A stretch of DNA of 30,398 bases. Source: a virus (taxonomy: Duplodnaviria > Caudoviricetes). The first letter of the stretch is position 1. Every line of letters begins with the position of its first letter. This document shows, piece after piece, positions 6,777 to 16,265 of this stretch. The notes beneath the pieces were generated by a model. That model was given only the letters and a program-made list of their open reading frames with translations. It made no database searches and was not told the DNA's origin. The DNA lies in IMG/VR virus record IMGVR_UViG_3300027754_000313, positions 1 to 30,398 of that record; one strand, given 5' to 3'. The translations under genes were made by a program, and so were the position numbers.

Positions 6777-8098
6777 AAACAATCCCGTATAAACCACGGG
6801 CTGCGTTTAAACCGTTTCACAACCGCACCAAACGTTGGGCTTGCCTAGTTGCGCACCGTCGAGCAGGCAAGACTGTTGCAGCAATTAACGACATTATTCG
6901 TGCCGCACTTATGTGCAAGACTGAAAGCCCGCTATTTGCGTACATCGCACCGTTTCGCAGCCAGGCTAAAAGCGTAGTTTGGGATTATCTCAAACACTTT
7001 GCTCGACCAGTTCTTGCATCATCCAATGAGGCCGAGTTAACTATTGAGTTGATAACTGGCGGCAAGATACGCTTGTTTGGGGCTGACAACGCAGATGCTA
7101 TGCGGGGATTGGGCTTTGATGGCGTGTTTATGGACGAATATGGTGACTTTAGACCTAGCGTTTGGGGTAACGTCATTCGTCCTACTTTGTCAGACAAGCA
7201 GGGTTGGGCTGTGTTTGCCGGTACGCCAAAGGGTAAGAACCAATTTTGGCAGATATTTGAAACAGCTAAGAAAACGCCTGACGAGTGGTTTCACCTTGTT
7301 TTAAAGGCTAGTGAATCTGGGCTGTTGCCTGACACAGAGCTACGAGCAGCTGCCGCACAGATCAGCGATGACCAATTTCTACAAGAGTACGAGTGTTCGT
7401 TTGAGGCGGCAATTCTTGGTGCTTTTTATGGCGAGGACATACGCAAGATCACAGATGCCGGTCAAGTTAGGCGTGTTGACTACGATCCGCACCTACCCAC
7501 ATACACGGCTTGGGACTTAGGCTATCGAGATGACACGGCTATTTGGTGGTATCAAGTCGTGCGTAACGAAATCCACATCATTGATTATTTTGCAATAAGT
7601 GGTGCAAACATTGCAGAAATAGCTAAAATAGTCGTAGAAAAGCCGTATAAATACGCAAAACATTACTTGCCGCATGACGCAAGGGCTAAAACACTAGCAG
7701 CAGCGGGTAAGTCAGTTATTGAGCAATTAAGTGAGTATCTAGGCATCAACAACATGGCTATCGTGCCTGACTTGTCGGTGCAAGATGGGATTCAGGCGGT
7801 CAGGCAAATGCTGCCAATGTGTTGGTTTGATGCTGAACGAACGCACGATGGGTTAGAGGCTTTAAGGCAATATCAGCGAGAATACGACGAGGACAAGAAG
7901 GCATTTAGGCAAACGCCCAGGCATGATTGGACAAGCCACCCAGCAGATGCATTTAGGATGTTGGCAATTGCTTGGAGGTTAGAGCCAAAGGTTAAGCCAC
8001 CAGACGTTGAAAAACCGCTGATGGTTGGGCCTGAAAACACAGTTACATTGAATGATATGTGGGCAACCCACAAACCAACTAGGAGTAGCAGATTATGA
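6761..8098 (+). CDS. terL: terminase large subunit
   Basis: Walker A HRRAGKT, Walker B VFMDEY, GTPKG coupling motif, RNase H WDLG..D and SH.ADAFR. Confidence 0.96.
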   Translation: MARRVETIPYKPRAAFKPFHNRTKRWACLVAHRRAGKTVAAINDIIRAALMCKTESPLFAYIAPFRSQAKSVVWDYLKHFARPVLASSNEAELTIELITGGKIRLFGADNADAMRGLGFDGVFMDEYGDFRPSVWGNVIRPTLSDKQGWAVFAGTPKGKNQFWQIFETAKKTPDEWFHLVLKASESGLLPDTELRAAAAQISDDQFLQEYECSFEAAILGAFYGEDIRKITDAGQVRRVDYDPHLPTYTAWDLGYRDDTAIWWYQVVRNEIHIIDYFAISGANIAEIAKIVVEKPYKYAKHYLPHDARAKTLAAAGKSVIEQLSEYLGINNMAIVPDLSVQDGIQAVRQMLPMCWFDAERTHDGLEALRQYQREYDEDKKAFRQTPRHDWTSHPADAFRMLAIAWRLEPKVKPPDVEKPLMVGPENTVTLNDMWATHKPTRSSRL

Positions 8099-8415
8099 GT
8101 GGCGTAGCAAATCCCTATCGTTATTTTTATGAACACGTTTCAGCAAGCCAAACCGCACAGGTTTTAGGTACAACTGGCGCAGTTGGTGATTATCTGCATC
8201 GTTTAATCATTACAGTAAACACGGCGTTGACTTCAGCCGTTCAGATCGTAGACGGAAGTGGTGCAGGCGTTTTGACACATACCATTCTGCCAAACGCTGT
8301 TGCTGGTGGCGTTGGTGTTTATAGTATTGAGATCAATGCTATTTCTGCAAATGGCGCTTGGAAAGTAACAACTGGCGCAGGCTCTGAAGTTATGGCGGTA
8401 GGTATTTTCACATAA
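8095..8415 (+). CDS. small beta-rich hypothetical (probable virion) protein
   Basis: G/A/V/T-rich 106-aa ORF coupled to terL and to the glycosyltransferase. Confidence 0.6.
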   Translation: MSGVANPYRYFYEHVSASQTAQVLGTTGAVGDYLHRLIITVNTALTSAVQIVDGSGAGVLTHTILPNAVAGGVGVYSIEINAISANGAWKVTTGAGSEVMAVGIFT

Positions 8416-9005
8416 TGATCGTTGCATCAGTATTGCGTTCAGGCGGTGATTTCAAGCCTGAACACGTTTATGCGCTTGAAAAAATGTGCGCTAAATATTT
8501 GCCACCGCACAAGTTTGTGTGCCTGACAGATATGGAATTAGAGTGCGAAACCATCCCTTTGCTGCATGATTGGGTTGGTTGGTGGGCAAAGATGGAGTTG
8601 TTTCGGCTACCAAGTGCGCTGTACTTTGACTTAGATACCGTGTTGACTGGTGATTGTACGGCAATGATTGAGGCGGCAAAGCAGCACGATTTTGTGATTA
8701 TGCGTGACGTTTACCGTGGTCAGTACAACCCAAAAGCCATGCAGAGCAGCATGATGTATTGGTCAAAGTATGTTGATTTGTATGACAAGTTTGCCGCATT
8801 GCAAATGTATGCTGCTGGTGGCGATCAGAGCTATATCGAACACCATATGCGGGACAAAGTGACGTACTGGCAGGACATTGCAGATGGGATTGTGAGCTTT
8901 AAGGCTGATGTGCTGCCCAAAGGGTTAGAGGATGCCAAGGTTGTGATATTCCACGGCAAACCTAGACCGTGGGAACAAACAAGGATACCGTATGAAATTG
9001 GTTGA
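8415..9005 (+). CDS. GT-A fold (GT8-like) glycosyltransferase
   Basis: FVCLTD, WW.K..LF, LYFDLD (DxD), SS.M, GDQ..I and IFHG..RPW motifs. Confidence 0.82.
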   Translation: MIVASVLRSGGDFKPEHVYALEKMCAKYLPPHKFVCLTDMELECETIPLLHDWVGWWAKMELFRLPSALYFDLDTVLTGDCTAMIEAAKQHDFVIMRDVYRGQYNPKAMQSSMMYWSKYVDLYDKFAALQMYAAGGDQSYIEHHMRDKVTYWQDIADGIVSFKADVLPKGLEDAKVVIFHGKPRPWEQTRIPYEIG

Positions 9006-9603
9006 AGGCTGGCAAGTTCCCGACATAGACGAGTGTTGCATTAACGCACTCTTGGTTGAGCTGCCAGACTTGAATGTGAGCTATACCCACTTGAACCAAT
9101 TTCGCACAGTCATTCAGGCCGGTGGCAATATCGGTGTTTATCCCGCTACGATGGCGGGGCAATTTGAACGTGTGATTACAGTCGAGCCTGATACGGTCAA
9201 TTATCAATATTTGTTACTGAATGTTTTTAACCACGACAACATTGAGCATCATTGGGCTGCATTTGGTGACAAACACGGCACAGCGTCAGTCGAGCATCCA
9301 TACCCTGAGAACATTGGGGCGCACCAGTTAAAGGCCGGCAACAATATTAAGGTCATGCCAATTGATTCTTTAGAAGTAGATGATTGCGACTTTATTCAAT
9401 TAGACATTGAAGGCTACGAGCATTTAGCTATATTGGGCGCTGAACAAACAATTAAGAGAACGTATCCAGTTATCACGCTAGAGCTTAAAGGCTTGGGCAG
9501 TCGTTATGGATACACCGACGAGGACACAATCGGATTACTCCAAAGTTGGGATTATGAGATTGTCGGGCGGGTTAACCGTGACGTAATTTTTGCGAGATAC
9601 TAA
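8992..9603 (+). CDS. FkbM-family SAM-dependent methyltransferase
   Basis: IQAGGNIG SAM motif, VEPD, IQLDIEGYE...L.GA..TI....PVI.LE. Confidence 0.88.
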   Translation: MKLVEGWQVPDIDECCINALLVELPDLNVSYTHLNQFRTVIQAGGNIGVYPATMAGQFERVITVEPDTVNYQYLLLNVFNHDNIEHHWAAFGDKHGTASVEHPYPENIGAHQLKAGNNIKVMPIDSLEVDDCDFIQLDIEGYEHLAILGAEQTIKRTYPVITLELKGLGSRYGYTDEDTIGLLQSWDYEIVGRVNRDVIFARY

Positions 9604-9604
9604 G

Positions 9605-11953
9605 ATGGAAGCATTGACTGGTGTTCAAAAGTGGCTGAATACGATCAGCCAATACGATAATGAATTTAAAAAGTGGGAAGGTCGCACCACTAAGATTGTT
9701 AAGCGTTACCGTGATGACAACCGCAATCAGAACACAAACGAAACCGCTAAATTCAATATTCTGTGGTCTAACGTACAGACGTTGATCCCTGCCGTGTACG
9801 CTCGATTGCCGAAAGCAGACGTTGCTAGGCGCTTTGGGGATAACGATCCAGTTGCCCGTGTTGCCGCACAACTTATTGAACGTGCCTTGGATTTTGAAAT
9901 TGAGCATTACACCGATTTCAGATCGACAATGAAACACGCAGTTGAGGATAGGTTTTTGGGTGGTCGAGGCGTGGCATGGGTTCGGTACGAGCCGCACGTT
10001 CGGGCGCAAGACATTCCTGAAGATGGGCTGCAAGTAACTGAAGATGTGGACGAAGTTGACAGCGAAGGTCAACAAGTTAAGACAGCAATGCCTGGCATTG
10101 ATGGCGCTTTGGGTGAGGAAGTCGAACCACAAGAAGAAATTGAGTACGAATGTGCGCCTACCGACTATGTGCATTGGAAGGACTTTGGTCATTCGGTTGC
10201 AAGAACATGGGAAGAAGTCACAAGCGTTTGGCGCTGGGTTTACATGACCAAAGAAAGCCTTGCCGAACGATTTGGCGAGGAAATGGCTAGAAAGATTCCA
10301 TTGGATGCAGGGCCTGAAACGAATAAACAGTATTCGACCCAATCCAAAGATTTCACAAGAGCTAAAATTTGCGAAATTTGGGACAAAGAAAGCGGCAAGG
10401 TGTATTGGATCAGCAAGAGTTGCCCAGACATATTGGACGAACGTGACGATCCGCTAGAGCTTGAGAACTTCTTTCCATGCGCTAAACCGTTATACGCCAC
10501 AATGACGAGCGACACGCTTGTGCCTGTGCCTGATTTTGTGCTTTATCAAGACCAAGCAACAGAGTTAGACATTCTGACTGATCGTATCGACGGGTTAGTT
10601 AAAGCGTTGCGTGTGCGTGGGGTCTATGACGCATCACAACCCACCTTGCAGCGTCTTTTGACTGAGGGCGATAACAACACACTTATTCCTGTTGATAAGT
10701 GGATGGCGTTCTCTGAGAAAGGCGGCTTAAAAGGGTCTATTGACTTGCTGCCGTTGGATACCCTGTCAAATGCTCTATTGCAATGCTATCGGGCAAGAGA
10801 TGAAATTAAAAACCAAATCTATGAAATTACAGGTATTAGTGACATTGTTCGGGGACAAACAGCTGCCAGCGAAACAGCCACGGCACAACAGATTAAGGGT
10901 CAGTATGCAGGACTGCGCTTGCGCTCGATGCAAGAAGATGTTGCCCTGTTTGCGAGTGAGCTATTCCAGTTAAAAGCCCAAGTTATTTGCACTAAGTTTC
11001 AGCCCACAACGATCCTTATGTACGCTGCCGCACAAGGTATGCAGCCGGCAGATCAGACGCTGATTCCACAAGCCTTGCAGTTAATTCAAAGCAAGCCATT
11101 ACGATCGTTCCGCATCCAAGTGGACTCGGACAGCCTGGTGCAAATTGACGAGAATCAAAACAAACGTGAGCGAGTCGAGTTTTTGCAAGCAATGGGTGGG
11201 TTCTTGACGCAAGCGTTGCCAATGGGTCAACAAGCGCCAGAGTTAGTGCCAATGCTTATTGAATTGGTTAAGTTTGGCGTTGGCGCATACAAGAAGGCAG
11301 CGCCAATTGAAGGCACAATTGACCAAGCGATGCAACAGTTGCAGATGAAACAACAGCAAATGGCAACGCAGCCACCACCACTTAATCCTGAAGTGGTTAA
11401 GATGCAAGCCGAACAACAGTTTGAGCAGATGAAGATGCAAGCTCAAGCCCAAAACGAACAAATGAAGATGCAGGCCACGGCGCAATCTGAACAACTTAGG
11501 GCGCAAGCCGATATTCAAGTTGCCCAAGCCAAAGCACAAGCAGATGTTCAGATGGCACAAATGAAATTGCAAGCCGAAACGCAATTAGAGGCGCAAAAGC
11601 AGCAATATATGCAGGCAATGGAACAAGCCAAGTTGCAAGCTGCTGAACAGTTAGAGAAATGGAAAACTGAGCTAGAGTCTGCAACCAAGATTATGGTGGC
11701 TAGGATTGGGGCGAACCCAGGCTTAGACTTGCCATTGCTTGAGGCTCAAGAGGCTGCAAGCACCAAGATTGCCGCAGAACTGGGTGACAATGTGACGCAA
11801 GCCATGAACCGCATGGTTCAGATGCACGACAACATGAGCAATATGCACAATATGGCAATGGATAAAATCAATGGCGTGATGACTGTTATTGCAGCGCCTA
11901 AGAAGATTATCCGTGGCGCAGACGGGAGAGCCGCTGGGGTTGAGCTTGCATGA
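9605..11953 (+). CDS. portal protein with long Gln/Ala/Met-rich C-terminal coiled coil
   Basis: Size and position after terminase; FNILWSN, IYEITGISDI.RG and ETATAQQIK motifs; Q-rich tail resembles a P22-type portal barrel; start ATG 9605. Confidence 0.88.
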   Translation: MEALTGVQKWLNTISQYDNEFKKWEGRTTKIVKRYRDDNRNQNTNETAKFNILWSNVQTLIPAVYARLPKADVARRFGDNDPVARVAAQLIERALDFEIEHYTDFRSTMKHAVEDRFLGGRGVAWVRYEPHVRAQDIPEDGLQVTEDVDEVDSEGQQVKTAMPGIDGALGEEVEPQEEIEYECAPTDYVHWKDFGHSVARTWEEVTSVWRWVYMTKESLAERFGEEMARKIPLDAGPETNKQYSTQSKDFTRAKICEIWDKESGKVYWISKSCPDILDERDDPLELENFFPCAKPLYATMTSDTLVPVPDFVLYQDQATELDILTDRIDGLVKALRVRGVYDASQPTLQRLLTEGDNNTLIPVDKWMAFSEKGGLKGSIDLLPLDTLSNALLQCYRARDEIKNQIYEITGISDIVRGQTAASETATAQQIKGQYAGLRLRSMQEDVALFASELFQLKAQVICTKFQPTTILMYAAAQGMQPADQTLIPQALQLIQSKPLRSFRIQVDSDSLVQIDENQNKRERVEFLQAMGGFLTQALPMGQQAPELVPMLIELVKFGVGAYKKAAPIEGTIDQAMQQLQMKQQQMATQPPPLNPEVVKMQAEQQFEQMKMQAQAQNEQMKMQATAQSEQLRAQADIQVAQAKAQADVQMAQMKLQAETQLEAQKQQYMQAMEQAKLQAAEQLEKWKTELESATKIMVARIGANPGLDLPLLEAQEAASTKIAAELGDNVTQAMNRMVQMHDNMSNMHNMAMDKINGVMTVIAAPKKIIRGADGRAAGVELA

Positions 11954-12309
11954 ACGGTTACTGGGACACCGGAACGTGGGGCGATGCGACATGGGATTAT
12001 GTGCCTGTCATCGTCGAGATGGATATGCACGATGGCGGTAAACGCAAAAAAGAGGAAGAAGAACACCGCAGGGCAGAGGCAGCAAAGGCAAAAGCAAGAC
12101 GGGACGAGGTTTTAGCGTTATTTGAGCAAATAGTAGAGGGTAAACCAAGGATTGCGGAGGAAATTGCAGAACCGTTTGTGATTGAAGCAACAGCGCAAGC
12201 GCCAGCGGTAATTAATTACGATGCAATGTTGGCTGATTTAGATCGAGTAAACAGAATTTATAACGAACACATAGAAATGGATGATGAGGACGTTTTAGCT
12301 CTGATATGA
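11950..12309 (+). CDS. hypothetical head-module protein
   Basis: ATGA overlaps; N-terminal WDTGTWGDATWD and acidic DDEDVLALI end. Confidence 0.7.
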   Translation: MNGYWDTGTWGDATWDYVPVIVEMDMHDGGKRKKEEEEHRRAEAAKAKARRDEVLALFEQIVEGKPRIAEEIAEPFVIEATAQAPAVINYDAMLADLDRVNRIYNEHIEMDDEDVLALI

Positions 12310-12626
12310 AAAAAACTTACATATACGTTAATGGTGAATTAGTCGAAAAAGGCTCAAAAGAGCATTACGAAAGCCTTGGCCCAATGGTGATGCCAGACAT
12401 TCAACCCTACAAATCTATGATCGACGGTTCAATGATTACGAGCCGTTCGGTGCATCGTGACCATCTTAGGCAACACAATTGCATTGAAGTGGGCAACGAA
12501 AAGATGGAAACCAAATTGCCATCGCCAAAAGATACACGACGGGAAGTTATGCGGCAACAATTGGGCAACATGACACACAAGCAAGCAAATCAGATTCTTT
12601 CACAACTACGCCGTAAATTTACCTAA
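12306..12626 (+). CDS. conserved hypothetical head-module protein
   Basis: PDIQPYKSMIDG..ITSRS.HR.HL...NCIEVGNE; lies between portal and scaffold. Confidence 0.7.
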   Translation: MKKTYIYVNGELVEKGSKEHYESLGPMVMPDIQPYKSMIDGSMITSRSVHRDHLRQHNCIEVGNEKMETKLPSPKDTRREVMRQQLGNMTHKQANQILSQLRRKFT

Positions 12627-12636
12627 AGGGGTATGA

Positions 12637-13551
12637 ATGGACAATACTGAACAGCCAGATCGTCGAGAATTACTGTCACAGCAGTTTGACGAGGTTCAGA
12701 ATGAAACACCCGTCGAGGCAGTTAGGACTCAGCCCGAACCCGATCTTGAGCCACCGCCAGAACCACCCGTTTGGGAAAGACCGCCAGCATCGTGGAAGAA
12801 GGATTATCACGAAGCCTGGACAACCGCTGATCCAAAGCTAAAAGAATACGCTTGGAAACGTGAAGAAGAAATGAAAGCAGGGGTTCAACCTTTGCTTTCA
12901 AAAGCCCAATTTGCCGATCAAATGCAGCAGGCCATTGAGCCTTATATGCAAAACATTCGTGGGCTTGGCATTGAAGCACCGCAGGCGGTCAAAGCCTTGA
13001 TGGAAGCTGATAATGTATTGCGCCACGGATCGCCACAACAGAAACAAGCATATTTTGCCCAACTAGCCCAACAGTATGGGATCAATATGGGCGAAGTGCA
13101 GATTCAACCGACTGATCCTAATTTTTACGCCATTCAAAACGAGCTTGCACAAGTTCGTGGCGAGGTGTTAAATTGGAAGCAACAGCAGGAAGCAGCACAG
13201 AATCAAGCACTTTTGAACGAAATTAGTGAATTTCAGACAAAAGCAGAGTATTTTGAGGAAGCACGTCCAACAATGATCCAACTGCTTAACAGCGGTGTGG
13301 CGAAGGACTTGGATGATGCGTATCAAAAAGCAATACGCCTAGATAACGACCTGTTTACGAAACATCAGCAAGCCTCACAGGGCGCAGCAGATGCAGCGAA
13401 ACGGGAACAATCGAACAGGGCAGCGAAAGCAGCCAGGGCGGCAGCGGTCAGCGTTAAAAGTTCCACACCAGGGGCGGCAACGAGTACCAAAGCGCAAGAT
13501 AGGCGTTCATTATTGTTAGAGCAATTTGACAATCTTAATGAGCGTTTTTGA
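12637..13551 (+). CDS. capsid scaffolding protein
   Basis: Acidic, Pro-rich N-terminus, PPASW motif, helical Q/A/E-rich body; immediately upstream of the capsid gene. Confidence 0.8.
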   Translation: MDNTEQPDRRELLSQQFDEVQNETPVEAVRTQPEPDLEPPPEPPVWERPPASWKKDYHEAWTTADPKLKEYAWKREEEMKAGVQPLLSKAQFADQMQQAIEPYMQNIRGLGIEAPQAVKALMEADNVLRHGSPQQKQAYFAQLAQQYGINMGEVQIQPTDPNFYAIQNELAQVRGEVLNWKQQQEAAQNQALLNEISEFQTKAEYFEEARPTMIQLLNSGVAKDLDDAYQKAIRLDNDLFTKHQQASQGAADAAKREQSNRAAKAARAAAVSVKSSTPGAATSTKAQDRRSLLLEQFDNLNERF

Positions 13552-13571
13552 TAACCTAATCGGAGATTACT

Positions 13572-14573
13572 ATGGCATTTGCCAATAGCTCGATCAGCGA
13601 CATCATTGCGACTAACATTCAAAGCCGCACAGGTGAACTTGCTGATAACGTAACAAATAACAACGCTTTACTGCGCCGTTTGAAAGAACGTGGCAACGTA
13701 AAGACGTTTTCAGGCGGTAACGTGATTTTGCAAGAGATCATGTATAACGACTCAACAACCAACAACACCAACAGCTATTCAGGCTATGAAGTGTTGAACG
13801 TTTCGCAGAACAGCCCCATTTCGGCTGCTCAGTTCTCGATCACTCAATACGCATCGGCTGTTTCGATCAGCGGCTTGGAAATGATCCAAAACAGCGGCAA
13901 AGAAGCGATTATTGACTTGCTCGATGGTCGTATGAATGTGGCTGAAGCTCAGTTGGCTAACCGTATTTCGGGTGACATTTACCTTGATGGTACTGGCAAC
14001 TCAGGCAAAAACATCACCGGCCTCGGTGCTGCAATTCCTGACGCACCAACAACCGGCACTTACGGCGGCATTAACCGTGCGACTTTTACGTTTTGGCAAT
14101 CTGTTGCCTACTCAGGCGTGACCAACGGCGGCTCTGCTGTTTCGGCATCGAACATCCAAGCATACATGGATGCTCTAGCTGTTCAGTTGATTCGTGGAAC
14201 TGACAAGCCTGATTTGATCGTTTGCGACAACAACTATTACAAATTGTATTTGCAATCGTTGCAGTCGATCCAACGCATCACAGACGGTGGCAATTCGTCA
14301 GCTGGCGCTGGTTTCGCATCGTTGAAATACTACGGCGCAGGTATGGCATCTGATGTGGTTTTGGACGGTGGTATCGGTTCAGCCGCAACAGCAAACCATA
14401 TGTGGTTCTTGAACACTAAGTACATTATGTTCCGTCCACACGCTGATCGTAATTTCGTGCCAATCGGCGGCGAGCGTCAAGCAGTTAACCAAGACGCTAT
14501 CGTTAAGCTCATCGGATTTGCCGGCAACCTCACATCTTCAGGCCCGCAATTCTGCGGCGTTCTGATCGCTTAA
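13572..14573 (+). CDS. major capsid protein
   Basis: 333 aa after the scaffold; strong GGAG RBS; LADNVT.NN.LL..L, SGYE.L, DG.G..GK.ITGL pattern typical of HK97-fold capsids of this group. Confidence 0.9.
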   Translation: MAFANSSISDIIATNIQSRTGELADNVTNNNALLRRLKERGNVKTFSGGNVILQEIMYNDSTTNNTNSYSGYEVLNVSQNSPISAAQFSITQYASAVSISGLEMIQNSGKEAIIDLLDGRMNVAEAQLANRISGDIYLDGTGNSGKNITGLGAAIPDAPTTGTYGGINRATFTFWQSVAYSGVTNGGSAVSASNIQAYMDALAVQLIRGTDKPDLIVCDNNYYKLYLQSLQSIQRITDGGNSSAGAGFASLKYYGAGMASDVVLDGGIGSAATANHMWFLNTKYIMFRPHADRNFVPIGGERQAVNQDAIVKLIGFAGNLTSSGPQFCGVLIA

Positions 14574-14584
14574 GGAAAACCATC

Positions 14585-15118
14585 ATGGCATATACATTCG
14601 ACGAACCTCGTGCAGGACTCCTGCAAATTGCTCAAACGGACTCTGGTATTACTACAGCAGGCGGCACAACTATCCCAACGCCCCCAGCTGTTTTAGGTAC
14701 TATTGTTCGTGCATTTGATCCAACTTACGGCGAAGGCGAGTTCATCTTGCTGTTAGGCGTGGCATCAACTGTTGTTGGCTCGGTTGTGCGTTACAACGCT
14801 ACAACTTACCAAACAACTTTGGTTGTCAACACCGCCGTTCAAGACGTGCCTGTTGCAGTCGCTATGGCGGCTACTACTGCGGGTCTTTATGGTTGGTATC
14901 AAATCGCTGGTAATGCAGTCATCAAGAAAACTGCTGTGACCGTTGCACCTAACGTCACTCTATTCTTGTCGGCTACAGCCGGTCGTGTAAAAGTCTTGGC
15001 ATCTGCCGGCTTGCAAGTTGTTGCTGCTCGTTCAGCCAACCTGACAACCGTCACTTCTACGACTTCAACCATTACCGTTACCATCAACCGTCCACATCTC
15101 CAGTCACAGATCACCTAA
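14585..15118 (+). CDS. capsid decoration/cement-like protein, Thr-rich
   Basis: Follows MCP; LGTIV.A.DPTYG.GEFI.L and YGWYQI.G motifs; about 30 Thr in 177 aa by hand count. Confidence 0.65.
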   Translation: MAYTFDEPRAGLLQIAQTDSGITTAGGTTIPTPPAVLGTIVRAFDPTYGEGEFILLLGVASTVVGSVVRYNATTYQTTLVVNTAVQDVPVAVAMAATTAGLYGWYQIAGNAVIKKTAVTVAPNVTLFLSATAGRVKVLASAGLQVVAARSANLTTVTSTTSTITVTINRPHLQSQIT

Positions 15119-15886
15119 ATGATTGAAGCTGTACTTGATGTTGTAGGGAACACAGAGCCTGACGTTTTGTTGGGCAATGTGCAGCGATCCGTCAAAAGAT
15201 CGCTGCCTTGGTTTGATTTTGACGAGTCACCCCAAGGCAGCGTCTGTCTTGTTGGTGGTGGGCCAAGTTTGGTTGACACGATTGACCAGTTGCGGCTACG
15301 CCACCAAAACGGCGCAAAAGTATGGGCGATGAACGGTTCTTACGATTACATGATTGGGCTAGGCATCGTACCTGATGTAATGGTGATGCTTGATGCTCGA
15401 CCAGAGAACGTAAGATTTGTTCAAAATCCGCAGCAATCGACTACGTTTTACATTACTAGCCAATGCGACGATGCAGTATTTGATGCGTTGGAAGGTTATA
15501 AAGTGGTGCTAGTACACGCCAATACGCCTGGTGTTTATGAATTGCTTGAGCATGAAAAGGCTCGACCAGTTCATTTGATGGGAGGGTTTACAACGGTTGG
15601 TATTTTGTCGTTGATATTGGCTAAGTTGCAAGGCTTTAAACGTATCTTTATGTTTGGCATGGATTCAAGCTATCGAAATGGCGAACATCACGCTTATGAG
15701 CAGACAAGTAACAATGGCGAACGTATTATTGACGCTATGGTGAACGATGTAACGTACAAGTGTGCGCCGTGGATGGCACAGCAAGTAACGGATTTTCAAA
15801 ATGTCGTGGCAGGCTTTGATGATGTTACGATTGAAGTATGTGGCGATGGGCTTTTGCACGAAATGGCAAAAGCAATGAGTAATTAA
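15119..15886 (+). CDS. Maf/DUF115 (MptE-like Pfam family) putative glycosyltransferase
   Basis: CLVGGGPSL, WAMN, PD....LD, GG.TTVG and GF..I..FGMDSS...HAY motifs shared with Maf and sialyltransferase-like folds. Confidence 0.75.
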   Translation: MIEAVLDVVGNTEPDVLLGNVQRSVKRSLPWFDFDESPQGSVCLVGGGPSLVDTIDQLRLRHQNGAKVWAMNGSYDYMIGLGIVPDVMVMLDARPENVRFVQNPQQSTTFYITSQCDDAVFDALEGYKVVLVHANTPGVYELLEHEKARPVHLMGGFTTVGILSLILAKLQGFKRIFMFGMDSSYRNGEHHAYEQTSNNGERIIDAMVNDVTYKCAPWMAQQVTDFQNVVAGFDDVTIEVCGDGLLHEMAKAMSN

Positions 15887-15901
15887 ACTTAAAGGATTAT
15901 C

Positions 15902-16264
15902 ATGGCATTTCCATCAAGAATTATGGGCGCAGGCAATTCACCGTTAACTGCTCAAGTCATTTGTGGCGATGGCGCTGTTGGCCTAGTCGCTACTGGTACA
16001 ACTGCGGCAGATGCTTTGCAATTGAGCCTGTCAAACAACACAATTACGACTTCAGCTGCCTCGACTGGCGTTAAATTGCCACCAACTGAAACCGGCGCTG
16101 AAATGATTATTTTTAACAATTCAGGTCAGACTATTACTGTCTATCCTTATAATACAAGCAGCACGATGAACAATGCTGCTGCAAGCGTAACTCTTGCAAC
16201 TGGCAAAACAATGCTAGTAAAAGCGACTTCCGCAACCACATGGGTAACATTAACAGGGGCATAA
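15902..16264 (+). CDS. Ser/Thr-rich small virion protein
   Basis: AAGGA RBS; about 33 Ser+Thr in 120 aa by hand count; GVKLP and ITVYP beta motifs. Confidence 0.65.
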   Translation: MAFPSRIMGAGNSPLTAQVICGDGAVGLVATGTTAADALQLSLSNNTITTSAASTGVKLPPTETGAEMIIFNNSGQTITVYPYNTSSTMNNAAASVTLATGKTMLVKATSATTWVTLTGA

Positions 16265-16265
16265 A

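Noticed and set aside
1291-9604. Longest-ORF starts at 1291, 2226, 2819, 3573, 5216, 6438 and 9590
   Set aside because: Downstream ATGs (1315, 2235, 2888, 3606, 5258, 6450, 9605) fit stop-start coupling or RBS placement better.
9572-10342. 256-aa - strand ORF
   Set aside because: Fully antisense to the portal and FkbM genes, with no recognisable motif; a shadow ORF. The same applies to the other short antisense and alternate-frame ORFs inside structural genes.
11320-11660. CAA/CAG-rich stretch as a microsatellite
   Set aside because: It encodes the Gln-rich coiled coil of the portal and has no exact tandem unit.
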